Notes under the pieces: model-generated
Seen by the model: the letters and a program-made list of their open reading frames with translations, nothing else
Database searches by the model: none
Told to the model about the DNA's origin: nothing
Program-made: the position numbers and the translations under genes
Shown: in pieces, positions 26,620 through 38,705 of the stretch
Layout of the letters: each line of letters begins with the position of its first letter
How positions within the stretch are numbered: the first letter of the stretch is position 1
Assembly (NCBI GenBank): GCA_964016885.1
Contig: OZ024740.1
Coordinates: 310,000,001 to 310,064,000, forward strand
Direction of reading: 5' to 3'
Origin: Eledone cirrhosa
Taxonomy: Eukaryota
DNA length: 64,000 nt

Positions 26620-27703
26620 TAACGAGTAGGGTGGCGTAACTCACCCAGAAATGAGCGGAGGGGATCTATGCCTGAAAGGACGCACACAGGTGTAGAAAGC
26701 GTACACCGCGTCTGTCATTTACCGCCTGATCGTCGTGTGTTCTCCTTGTCCACGTCCGACTGCACTGGAGCGGCTACAATTTCATTGGTAGTACGATCGG
26801 TATAAACTCCAGCTTTGGCGTTCTATAAAGTGTTAGTGACAGAAGAAAATAACGACGTTTTTCGGGAGACTTTGGTTATTGACGAAAATCAACTAGCAAC
26901 TCTTTTCCAGAGGAATCTTTGTCCAGGGTCCTTGGATAACTTCTAGAGATCTCAGGCCTGGCAATACTGCTGATAAACTTTGACAGTTTGAGGTAAACTC
27001 TGTAGGAATCGAAATGCCGTAGATCCAGCATGTCCGAAATGCGTGTAGTGTGATGAAACTGTACTGCACGCCCTCATTGTGTGCCTGATTGTGGCTTTAT
27101 GTCGAGCACCTACTGCCATGTTAGATCGGATCCGATTATCAACTAAGTCCAATGTGAAAATAACTCGACCGTCTTCCTTTAGAAGGCAAGTATAGGTAGT
27201 TTGTTTTCTCCGTGGAAGCCATGATTAATGAGGTTGTGTGATGGACACGTTTGAAAAGGTTTGAAGACAAGCACTTTCTTCTTCAGCGAAGTCCTGATTA
27301 AATCATTCAACTTTCACATGAAGAGGAAAATTAGTGTAAGGGAAAAGTTATGCATTGCAGCCAGTTTGTTGAAAGGTGGGTGAGAGTGGCGTGTATGGAC
27401 CGTCTGAATGAACCTGCCATGAGTATTCGCCTGTAGATTGGAGCAGAATAACTCCAGTGGGGTCCGTTGACCTGGCGGCCAGTGTAAACGTGGCTTTTTG
27501 TGGGATTTTACCTGTCGTGACACTCAGAGTCTCCCCACTTTTAGGGATGTACTTATGTTTATTTTTTTAACGTTCATTTTTCTTAATCTCTCTTATAAAT
27601 TTTTATTTTACAATAAAAAAACACACACCCACACCCGCACACACGATCGTCATGTGCCGTCTTCAATATTTTCTTAGATTGGCCCTATGTGACTAATAAA
27701 GAA
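26620..27703 (+). mobile_element. Old Tx1-like 3' portion ending in AATAAA and (ATT)n
   Basis: Collinear with 35520-36884 of the young element (e.g. gacgaaaatcaactagc, tggacacgtttgaaa). Ends ctaataaagaa|attattatt. Confidence 0.75.
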
Positions 27704-27720
27704 ATTATTATTATTATTAT

Positions 27721-27900
27721 TTGGCTGTATCAGTAGAGGATTGTACGTCATGCTTTCTAGCGTAGTTACTCCCTTTACGGTCTGAGTTTAAATCCCGTCG
27801 AGCTTAATTTTGCCTTTCATCCTTACGGGGTCGATAAAATAAAGTACCAGTAATGCACTGGGTAATTGATGGCCCTGTGCCAAAAGTAGAAACAATTATA
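27721..27900 (+). mobile_element. tRNA-derived SINE
   Basis: Shared head, core and tail. Directly follows an (ATT)n tract. Confidence 0.85.
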
Positions 27901-28198
27901 ATAGAATGGCCCGTGTGAGTGGGCCTACTCTGGTCATGCGGCTGTAGGCGGGTACATTTGAAGAGCAGAGGGGTGCACTTCCAGGGTGCTCTCGATGCGT
28001 CGGATCGTTTAGGATTGATGGGGTACCTGAGCGAACTCTGGGTGGTCATCTCCCCTATTGGGGAATTTTTCTTGTATTTTTCTTGTTACTTTGTTATTGT
28101 TATCCATATTGTTTACTCGGTTTTTCTGTAAAACCCCACTGTCCCAGTCTTTTGTATTGTCCCCTATATGTCGGTCCTTGTGGCCAATAAATGAAATC
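27901..28198 (+). mobile_element. 3' stub of a second Tx1 family
   Basis: RMARVSGPTLVMRL* matches SMARMNGPSLSMCL*. Shares the cccctattggggaatttt motif. Ends ccttgtggccaataaatgaaatc|attatt. Confidence 0.75.
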
Positions 28199-28216
28199 AT
28201 TATTATTATTATTATT

Positions 28217-30123
28217 TGCATTTATCTTGCTTTATGTTTATACGAGTTATCACCAAGTCACAACCAGTGACCTCAAGAGACAACAAGGTCCGCCATGTTC
28301 AAGAAAGAACACACATATTCACACATGCATCCTTAGTGTTTAGACTTGTGATGTACTTATATTGACAGGATCTTCCTTAGTATATGGGCAGTTCCCATTA
28401 GTACTATCTTTTGTATTTCTCCTATACGCGGGTTTCCTGGGATTTGCGATAAGTAGTCGTTAGACCCCTTAGGTATCATTCCCAGAGCGCCTACAACCAC
28501 TGGTATTGTTTTAGTTCTCAATTTCCACATTTTTCCAATTTCTATCTCCAGGTCCTTATACTTGCTCAATTTTTCAAATGTTTTTATAGATACATTCTTG
28601 TCTATTGGAACAGACATATCAATTAGCAGGCATACCCTCCTTTGAAAGTCCTTCAATATTATATCAGGTCTATTTGCATCTATTTTTCGGTCTGTTTGGA
28701 TGCTAAAGTTCCACAAGATTGAGATGTGATCTTTTTCAAGTATGGGAGGTGGTTGATGCTCCCACCAATTCTTTTGATGGGGCAGGTCAAAATGCTTACA
28801 CATTATCCAATGTATGTATTGTGCAGCTCTGTCATGCCTGTTTAGGTATTCGGTTGGAGCTATAGGACTGCACATTGAAATTATATGGTCAATGGTCTCT
28901 GGTTGTTTTTTGCATACACGGCATAATGGGCTGCACCCATTTTTTATTATGTTGGCTTGGTAATTTTTTGTTGGCAGACACTGATCTTGTGCGGAGATAA
29001 TCAGTCCTTCAGTCTCCGATTTCAGTCCAGAGGATGCCAACCACTGATGGGTTAAAGTTTTGTCAACATCAGGATTGTTAGCTCGCTCTGGGTATTTTCC
29101 ATACAGAGGCTTTTCTTGCCATTTCTTAGCCAGTTTCTGTAGCAGTTCTTTCTTTGCAGTTACTTTTACCTGCTTTGCTTTTTCTGTGTTTTCCATTTCA
29201 GCAGTAAATGGGACTTCTGAAATTTGTAGTCCATTACTGTATCTTTGTGCATCTTTTGTAATGGAATATGATCTTTTGGTGCTTTCGTGTTTCAAAACGA
29301 GTTTGATCATCCAATCATGTGATTCCCTTAGATATGTGGATAATCCAATTGTTGCAGTTTTCAACGCAATGTCTAACTGGATTAACCCACGTCCTCCTTC
29401 TTTCCTAGGGAGATATATTCTATCTATGTCTGCCTTAGGGTGATGCATTCTGTGCATGGTTAAGAATTTTCGGATTTTTGTATCGAGCCTACGGATCTCT
29501 GTGCTTGACCAGTTGATGACATTGTAACTGTAGGTTACTACTGGTATGGCAAGCGTGTTTATGGCATCGATCCTATTCCTTGCATTCAATTCCGTTCTTA
29601 AGATTGCTCTGACTCTGCGGTAACATTCCTTCCTTATCCTTTCCCTCATTGTCGAGTGCTTGATTCCGTCTCCTTCACAAACACCTAGATATTTGTAAGT
29701 TTGTTCTTGATCAAGCTCTCTTATCACGTTCCCCCGATCAAGATTAATGTCTGAACTCTTCAGCAGCTTTCCTCTGGTGAACGTTGCTTTGGCGCATTTA
29801 TCCAGTCCAAACTCCATTTTAATGTCATCACTGAACTGCTTCACAGTGGATAATAGCCCTTGCAATTGTTCATCATTTTTTGCGAATAGTTTCAGGTCAT
29901 CCATGTAGAACAGGTGATTAATGGTTTTGTCATAGACTCTATATCCATGTTTTGTTTCATTGAGCATTTTACTTAATGGTATAAGTGCGATGCAGAATAA
30001 AAGCGGTGATAAAGAGTCACCCTGAAAAATTCCACAATTAATGTTAACTTCTCCAGCTTCCAGTGATTTTGTTTCACTATTCAAAAGGAGTGTCGTTCTC
30101 CATGTCCTCATACTGAATGACAA
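28217..30123 (-). mobile_element. Dong family A, 5'-truncated copy with an uninterrupted frame
   Basis: 588-aa open frame at 28357-30123 with GIFQGDSLSP, YMDD, CCHC, RHD and RPDII. (ATT)n on both sides. Confidence 0.95.
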
Positions 30124-30173
<50 letters not shown>

Positions 30174-30177
30174 TCTT

Positions 30178-30933
30178 TGAGTCTCAGTCATTGATGTTAG
30201 TTAACTGGAAAGTTTGTTGAAATGAATATCAAGCCACTACCTGCAGCCTCAGATATTCAGGACGTATCGGAGCGTTCTTGCTGTTCCCAGCAAGCATGCC
30301 TTTTGAAGCGTTCCAAAAAGCGTGAAGGGGTCAATTTTCTTTAACCATCCCTGGAAACCTTTTGAGATAGTCCCTAGTGCGCCTATGACAATCGGGACCA
30401 CTTTGACTTCATGGCAGTTCCAAATCCTTTTTACCTCCCACTTTAAGTCCTGGTATCGGTTAATTTTCTCCCTCTCCTTCTCTTGCCCCCTAGTGTCGAA
30501 TGGGCAGGCCACATCCACAATCAGGCACGATTTTTTTTCTTTGTAAACAACCACCAGGTCAGGTCTATTGTGTTCCAGTTTCTTGTCCGTCTGTATCCTA
30601 AAATCCCACAGCACCTTCACCTGATCGTTTTCTATCACCGACTCTGGCTTATGCTCATACCACTTCTCAGAATGTGGTAAATTGTTTACTTTGCATAGGT
30701 GCCAGTGGATCACCCTGCCCATCACATCATGTCTCCAGCCCTTATAGTGAGTCTGGGCTAGGTGTTTACACTCGGATACAATGTGAGCCACAGTCTCCTC
30801 TCTCTCTCTCCACAGATCCTGCACAGTGGGCTAGCTTCCTCCTTGTAAATACGGTGTTTCAACCACTTCGTTTTGAGAGCCTGCTCCTGCGCAGCCATTA
30901 ACATTCCTTCTGTAGCCTTTTTAAGGCCTCCTC

Positions 30934-30935
<2 letters not shown>
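30178..30935 (-). mobile_element. Dong family B, 5'-truncated
   Basis: Near-identical to 12693-13450. REL ORF at 30249-30824. (ATT)n on both sides. Confidence 0.92.
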
Positions 30936-30987
<52 letters not shown>

Positions 30988-31705
30988 GGCGTCCTACGTA
31001 GTAAATCGTATCATCGTGAGCTCCGCAAAGGTTTGTTATTTCCGTTTGTTAAAAATTGCCATTTATGGAAAATTTTTATTGTTAACCATATATAAGCGCA
31101 CATACATTGTTTTCCGAAAAGGACACCCAAAAAGATTGGGGCCTTGTGCCCAAAATTTAAACTTTTATGATTATCAAAAAATTTCTTTTAAAAAAAATTG
31201 CTAATTCACCTCTGCACCAAGCAGCTGAAAGCCTTTCTCACAAAGTAACACCTCACACCGACACTACCATTGTAAATGTTACTACGTTTGCCAACACTAC
31301 AAAAAATATAAGCAGTAGCAATATTTTAAATTTGTCTCAGGCAGATATTCATTTCCCGCCATTACCAATGACTGCAGGTGTTAAAGCCTCCACCACCACC
31401 ACCACCGCGACAACCCCCCACCACCACCACCACCGCGACAACAGAAACAAAAGAAGAAAACAATAAATTAACTCCTGATGTCGAAATGAAATCAAGCAAA
31501 ATGGACTCTTCCCCACCAAAGACGACTGACGTCACCACCACCACAACTGAAACTAAAATTAATATTAACACAAATAACGATAGCAACAACAACAACAATG
31601 ACATTATAAAAACGACCCTCAGTTTTGCCAGAGTAGAAAAACAGTTCGAAGCATTTACGGTAACTCAGGAGGATTTAGAAAATGCCAAACAAATGGTAAA
31701 GAAAG

Positions 31706-32690
31706 ATGGGTACAGGGTCAGCCTCACCCCACCCATCTAATAAAATGGAGCATCGGCGCCTATGCACCGTGTCGTATCGAACAATAAATGTAAAATCGCG
31801 CCGAGTGGAACGGGCATCCGAGTCCCAAATCCAAAAAGCTTTGGGACATGTGTGGGCAAGAAAAACCCACATCAGACGTGGGCAGAAGTATGGAACCGTG
31901 GACGTGTTCTTTGAAACACCAGAGGAGGCTAGAGAACACTCCATGGCCCCATTAAGAAGTGACGACTTCACACTTGTCCCAAGCTATTGTGGCCAGAGAC
32001 TCGTAAAGATCAGGGTGACCCACGTTCCACCGGCCATTGAAATTCCCTGGCTAATAGCGGCCGTCCTCGCCGGCATCGAAGCCAACACAAAAATAATAGC
32101 AATAGCAAAAGAAAAGCAGGAGAACTGGTCCGGATCTGGGATGGATCCAAGCGGACCAAAAAAGCATTGAGGAGATCCCAGAGGTAATAGACCTCACTGA
32201 CGGCAGCCACCTCACGGTAATTGTCGAGGGCAGAAGACCTAGGTGTGTCGTTTGTGGTGAAGGAACCCACCTAAGGGCTTTCTGCCCTCAGGCTAAAAGG
32301 TTGAGGCCACCTCTCCTACCCACCCCAGTGACACAACCATCAACACCACCAGTAGCAGAGATGGCAGCAACAACTGTAGCAGCAACAACAGAAGCAACTA
32401 TAACAGCAACAACCCCAGCAACAGTAGCAAAACCAACACCACCACCACCACCAGCAAAACCAACACCACCACCACCCAACACTTCAGAACTAGCACCAGC
32501 GCCTACACCATCCACCACGCCACAAGCAAAACTAACGCCTGTGGAGGATTTTCCACTCCCCGGCCTGTCACTGGAGACAGATTGTGACGACGAGGAGTGG
32601 GAAACGATATCCGGAAAAAAAAAGAAACCAAAAAAGAAAAAATTCTCTTCCTTCCTCCTCCAAAATCAAAATACAGAGGGAAACAAATAA
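31706..32690 (+). pseudogene. Tx1 ORF1, frameshifted
   Basis: An 8-nt deletion near 32148 relative to copy 2 splits the frame. Confidence 0.8.
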
Positions 32691-32718
32691 ATTAAGAAAC
32701 AAAAAAGTTAGGACAGAT

Positions 32719-33180
32719 ATGCCACCATTCACACCAGCATCACCAACCCCATCAACCCAAACACCAACACCATCACCATCATTAACCCCAACACCACCAT
32801 CACCTACACCACAAAAGTCACCAAAATGCGAAACAGAAACAAACCCACAACAAACGCAAACAAAACAAAACAACCAAAACTATACACACTACACAGCATT
32901 AAATTTGAACAACAAGCAATTATTACACTACATCCAACACCACACCAGCTTCACAGAAAAAGACTACACAACAACCACAAAATTCACACCACCTCCACAC
33001 ATACAAATCACTCGCATCACACAGAAAACGTACATGACACTAAAACAAAAATTCCCCAAAGACATCGGAGACTTCCGACAAGCACTCTCTAGGAGGATTT
33101 ATAAGGACATCCTTCCTGAGGAGGCCACAAGCAGTGAAAAGGATGGAAAAACCGTCCTTCCCCTGCGAGAAGTAAGGTAA
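32719..33180 (+). CDS. Tx1 third ORF (unknown function)
   Basis: Open and conserved with 17184-17645. Confidence 0.55.
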   Translation: MPPFTPASPTPSTQTPTPSPSLTPTPPSPTPQKSPKCETETNPQQTQTKQNNQNYTHYTALNLNNKQLLHYIQHHTSFTEKDYTTTTKFTPPPHIQITRITQKTYMTLKQKFPKDIGDFRQALSRRIYKDILPEEATSSEKDGKTVLPLREVR

Positions 33181-33214
33181 GTGCTTTTTCCCATCTTTTC
33201 CACTCCTTTTCAAT

Positions 33215-36200
33215 ATGACCTCACTCAGAATAGGCAGCATAAATGCGCGTGGCTTGGGGTCGTCATGGAAGCAGTGCCACCTGCTCAACGACCTCAGGTC
33301 ACTAAACATGGATGTAGTGGCCATCAGCGAGACCAGAATATCCGAAGCACAGGCTTTCGCACCGATCTTCGGCGGCTACGATGTGTACGCATCTCCCAGC
33401 CGTCCGGGATCGGGGGGTGGAGTTGCTGTGCTTTTTCGGAGAGGTTTGGATCTTGCCATACGGGCCATCTTCCTGGACCCAGAAGGTAAGTTGGTGGTGC
33501 TGGACGTGACCAGCGGAGACGGGCAAGCTTTCAGGTTAGTGGCCGTCTATGCCCCGACAGGAGCAGGGCGGCCTGATTTCTTCCGGCGTCTGGAGACCTT
33601 TCTTGGAACGTCCCGCTCTTTAGTATTAGTGGGCGACTGGAACGGGATCTTAGATGCACGCTGGTATTGTGTGGGATTAGTGGATAGGGAAGGAGGATGC
33701 AAGAGTCTCACCGACCTGCTCAGATGTTTTGAACTGTCTGACAGGTACCGATTGGATTTCCCGAATGTACCAATGTGGACTTGGACAAATCGCATAGGGT
33801 CATCCAGATCATATCTAGATAGAGTATTTTGTAGGGAAATAGATAGGTCTAGCATAGGCTGTCCACAATTCAAGATAGTCAGCTACACGGACCACAAATT
33901 CGTGATCTGTGTGCTTGACTTAGATAGGCTTCATAGACGAGGACCCGGCTACTGGAAGCTAAACGCGTCCTTACCAGCGCGCAAGGCCTACAGAGACCGG
34001 ATTAGCGAACTAGTTAAGCGGGCGTTGACGGGAGCCATCGTCAACAACAAGTGGTGGTTTGCTCTGATAAGAGCAATTAGAATAGAGTCCATTAGGTTTA
34101 GTAAGACTTTAGCAATAGAGAAAAATAGAGCAGATGGAGAATTAGTTAGAAAATTAGATGAGGCGCTTAGCAAAGGCATCGCGATCGACGTATTTGCGGC
34201 GAAATTGGCCCTTGACCAATTCTTCAATGCAAAGCACGAAGGCTGCGTTGTCAGAGCTAGGGTGCGTGCTCTCAGACACGAGGATACGAAAGCCGTTTAA
34301 TGGGCCCGAGTGGCGGAGGCGCGTCGTGGCAACAAAGCCACGATCCGGTCTTTGGTGGACCACGACGGGCGCATGCTACTCGATCCCGGGCAAATGTGTG
34401 AAGCTTTTCAGCGGCACTTCGCTCAACCGTTCTGGGGGCAGTGGCGGGCCGGATCGAGGGATGGACTTTAGTGTCTACCTCGACGGACTGCCGCGGCTTT
34501 CGGCCACTGAGGCGGAGTGTTGCGAAAAGCCGATAACAACCGCTGTAGTACGGGATGCAATGACTAGTTGCACAAGGGGTAAATCGCCTGGTTTGGATGG
34601 TCTACCCTATGAACTTTACGTACAAATGTCAGACTTGTTCGGAGGCCTCTTGGCGGACGTCTACTGCAACTGGCAACAGAACGGGAGAATTCCCAGCTCT
34701 GTGAGCCGAGGAGCGGTGGCGCTGCTGAGAAAGGATCCGAACAAGGGGGATAACATAGATAATTTTAGGCCCATAACTCTGCTAAACACAGAGTTCAAGA
34801 TTTTGGCCAAGGTGCTAGCAAAGAGGTTGGCGCTTGTCGTTGGTGGTCTGGTGGGAGAGGCACAGACATGCGCCATTCCCGACAGATCCATCCACGACAA
34901 CCTCCACCTCATGCGATACATCGTAGAGAGGGTAGCTAGGGAACCTGGCACGGGGGGGGGGGGGTCTTTGATCAATTTAGATCAGTCGAAAGCCTTCGAT
35001 AGGGTCGACCATCGTTACCTAGCGGCAGTCCTGAGGGCGGCTGGCTTTGGGCCCGTCTTCAGAGGCTGGATCGCTGCCATGCACAGCGACATCTGCTCTG
35101 TAGTGAGAGTGAACGGTCACCTTTCGGAACCGTTCAACATCATGCGCTCGGTCCGCCAAGGATGTCCCCTCTCGTCCCTATTGTACGTATTGACTCTCGA
35201 GCCATTACTGCACAAACTGGAGACGTTGAGGAGGGTCCCGCGCGAACTAGGATGCGGAAGATCCGTGTCAGCATATGCCGACGATGTCACCGTAGTGGTG
35301 TCGAACGCCAAACACATCGAGGCGATCGGCACTACACTAAGAGAATACGAAGCGGTGACAGGAGCAATGATCAACCAGGAAAAGTCAGTGGGCCTGCAGC
35401 TCGGCACCTGGAGAGGCAGGTCCATGCAGTCCAACAGCGTTGTCGGGCGCTGGACGGACGGACCGGTTAAATTGCTAGGGGTCTGGTTCGGTCCAGACCT
35501 CCAGATGGACAAAAACTGGGACGAGGTGACGAGAAGGGTGGCTTCTCTCACCCAGAAATGGGCCGACAGGAAGCTATCCCTGAAAGGTCGAGCGGAGGTG
35601 GCGAATGCGTACATCGCATCCATCAACTACTACCGCCTGACCGTCGTACCTTGTCCTAAGCCCCGCCTAACTGCGCTGGAGCGTTTGCTCTTTCGCTTCT
35701 TGTGGAAGGGACGCGCTCCGATGGTCAGGCGGTCCATCTGCTGTCAACACCCGCTACGTGGAGGGCTGGGCATGCCGTGGCTGATGATGCGCAGACACGC
35801 GCTCAGGCTACGACATCTCCACCTCTTCCTCGACGGTGATCAGGTGTGGTCGCCGTTTGCTAGACACGTTTTTCCCCAGCTCGTCTCCTTGACGGAGCTG
35901 CAGTCCTGGGTCAAGCGAAGACCGAGAGGGAGCGCTTGGAGACTGGAATGTCTTCAGGCGCTCACAGCCCTCGACCAATCGGGCAATGTGATCGGTGGAA
36001 ACTCTACCTTGGCGTTCTATAGGGGATTAGTGGAGGGGAAGAGCGACTACGTACTTGGAGAAACTCTAGGCGTCGACGAAAATCAACTAGCCAATCTCTT
36101 CGGAGGGACTTTCGGGCCGGGGCCTATGGACAACTTCAAGAAATCCCTGGCCTGGCAGTGCTACCGGGGTGCTTTGCCAGTTCGGGATAAACTTTACAGG

Positions 36201-36641
36201 CATGGAGGTGCCGTCAGCCGGGCATGTCCGAGATGCGCACAGGGCGACGAAGCCGTCCTGCACGCACACGTCCAGTGTCCGAGCTTTGCTGACTTGTGGG
36301 TTTATGTCGAACACCTGCTGTCACGTGTAGGACGGATCCAGCTGTCAGCTGAGTCCATCGTGAGGATTGCTCCGCCCTCTTCCTTTAGCCGGGAATGGCA
36401 GACAGTTTTTATCTGTCTGGTGGCCATGGCGAAAGAGATAGTATGGTGGACACGTTTGAAAGGGCTGAAGACGAGCACTTACCTCTTCGGTGATGCCCTG
36501 ATTAACTTTTTCAAATTTCATCTGAAAAGGAAAATCAGGGTAGAGAGGGAAGTGCTCTCTTCCCAGCATTTTGTTGAAAGATGGGTGAGAGAAGCAAGTA
36601 TGGCCCGAATGAATGGGCCTTCTCTGAGTATGTGTCTGTAA
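33215..36641 (+). pseudogene. Tx1 ORF2 (APE-RT-CCHC), nearly intact
   Basis: One CAA>TAA stop at 34298-34300 and a frameshift near 34430. QGCPLS, YADD and CPRCAQGDEAVLHAHVQC are present. Confidence 0.93.
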
Positions 36642-36914
36642 ATTAAAGATGGAAAACTGGGAGAGGGCACTTGCTCTGGTGGTCAGGGCCACTGTGGTCT
36701 TTTAATGGGCTTTCTCCACAAATGTCCCACGGAAGTCTCCCCCCTATTGGGGAATTTTTCTTTGTTATTTTAATTCATCCTCTGTTTTTTTACACGCAGA
36801 AATGCCCATTTGTACCGTCCTGTATTGTCCTGTACTGTCCTTAATGTCTACTTTATGTAAACCCTTATTGTTAATAAAGAAAACATTATTATTATTATTA
36901 TTATTGTTGTTTTT

Positions 36915-37030
36915 TCATTTATCTTGTTTTATGTTCATATATGTTTTATCACCAAGTCACAACCAGTGACCTCAAGAGACAACAAGGTCCGCCGTATTCA
37001 TGAAAAAGCATATACATATACACACAGGCT
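36915..37030 (-). mobile_element. 3' UTR stub of a Dong A relative
   Basis: ttatcaccaagtcacaaccagtgacctcaagagacaacaaggtccgcc is identical to 28247-28294. Confidence 0.8.
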
Positions 37031-37648
37031 CCTTTCGGTAGAGTGTCGGATAACATGCTTCAGCAGCATAAGTTTAAGGCATTTCATCCTTACTGGGTCG
37101 AAAAAATTAAGTACCAGTAACACACTGCGGTCGATTTAATCGACTTCCCCTCCCCTTCAAATTTCTGGCCTTGTGCCTAAATAAGAAACCATTATTATTA
37201 TTATTATTATTATTATAAAGTATAAGGCGGTGGATTGGCAGTATCGCTGGAGGGTCGGACGCCATGCTTTGAAGCATAGAGTTACCTCCTTTTAAGATTT
37301 GAGTTCAAATCCCACCGAGGTTAACTTTGCCTTACGGGGTCGATAAAATAAAGTACCACTAATCCACTGGATAATTGCTGGCCTTGTGCCAAAAGTAGAA
37401 ACAATTATTATTATTATTATAAAGGGCGGTGGATTGACCGAATTGGTAGAGTGTCAGACAACATGCTTCGCAGCATAGGGTTGCAGCCCTTTACGTTCTG
37501 AAGTCAAACCCGCCGAGGTTAGATTTGCCTTTCATCTATATGGGGGTCGATAAAATAAAGTAACAGTAACGCACTGGTGTAGATTTAATCGAATTTCGCC
37601 TTCCCTTCAAATTGCCGGCCATGTGCCAAATGCAGAAAATTATTATTA
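37030..37648 (+). mobile_element. Three head-to-tail SINEs separated by (ATT)n
   Basis: Copies at about 37030-37190, 37225-37405 and 37424-37640, each ending in attatt. Confidence 0.85.
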
Positions 37649-37669
37649 TAGAAATCGTATTAGTATAAT

Positions 37670-38010
37670 TGCCTTTCCTTTAAATGAGAATTCTGCCATG
37701 TCTCATTGTTAACGAACAGTATCTTTTTTCAGCTTTTTTATTTCATTGTGTTGAATATCATATCTCTGCAAGCCATCCGACAGATGTGTGGTGATTGACC
37801 CCAGCAATGCTTTCATTTCCTCGTTGTTGAATTTAGAAGGACATCTGCAAATTTCCTTATCTCCAAGTGTGAATTCTTCATAATGACAGAATTTCCGAAA
37901 CTAAATTTGTACCGAGCATTCAATCATATTTCCTTGTTTTCAAATATCATTGATATTTCCAACAGTTTGCGAGGCCGAGTGCAAACTCAGAGAAATAGTA
38001 TTGGCGTAAA
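37670..38010 (-). pseudogene. Highly decayed mariner transposase N-terminal (HTH) fragment
   Basis: Minus-strand FTLGDKEICRCPSKFNNEEMKALL resembles the mariner FSLEDxxRSGRPxxFDxDxLKAL segment. Confidence 0.4.
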
Positions 38011-38705
38011 GCCCGTTTTAAAGGAGAGGAGAGAAAGTGACAAGCTACGATACACACGCCAAATGCCCTCTGACAATAGGATATTAACTATATGTGCGAA
38101 CTTTCTAAAGTTAATCACATAACATTTCATTTCTCTCATCTAAATCCTAATGATAATGATATTATAACATATTATTTTACTAGAAACTAATTCAAATTAT
38201 TGAAAAAAAAAGAAAGGTTGCTTGCATATGAATGTATTAAGGGCAGATATATATATTTCTTACATTGGATTCATCTCGAAAGGTCTATTTTCTACGCGCT
38301 CATATATTCACCCAGCTTATGCTGATAGAATCACTATGTAGCTTGTGCCTCTTCCTATGTACGGTTAGCTTTCCTCTTTGTTGTTACTTGTCTCACTCGC
38401 TTTACGCGTTTTAATTGTCCTAATAACTTAATTTAGTTATTATTGCACCAACGTGAGGTATATGATTTTTAATGCAATGAAATATCTATGATCGTTGGCA
38501 AATCACTGATGAGGGACTCATTTATAACATGTTATCCATGTGCAATCTGCAGTATTCTTCTCCCCATTTTTTCACACATATATATATATATATATATCCA
38601 AAATTAAATTAAGGGTTGTCATGTGATTTTTCCATATGTTTATTTTATATATATATATGTCAATCTATTTCTAGTTGATATATAAAACACCTTTTTGTTG
38701 AACAT

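Larger units (their letters stand above)
30988..36884 (+). mobile_element. Tx1/L1-clade non-LTR retrotransposon, copy 3 (full length, about 5.9 kb)
   Basis: Junctions att|GGCGTCCTACGTAG and AATAAAGAAAAC|att. Same organisation as copy 2. Confidence 0.95.

Noticed and set aside
5601-36692. Many antisense and alternate-frame ORFs that recur in several places
   Set aside because: They are shadows of GC-rich Tx1 and Dong coding sequence and recur only because the elements are repeated.
4439-37648. Two arrays as one inverted segmental duplication
   Set aside because: Element order and 5' truncation points differ, and no unique flank is shared.
38506-38540. CTGATGA as a hammerhead core (also near 42886, 49639, 57425 and 59335)
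   Set aside because: No correctly placed GAAA, or stems I and II cannot form.
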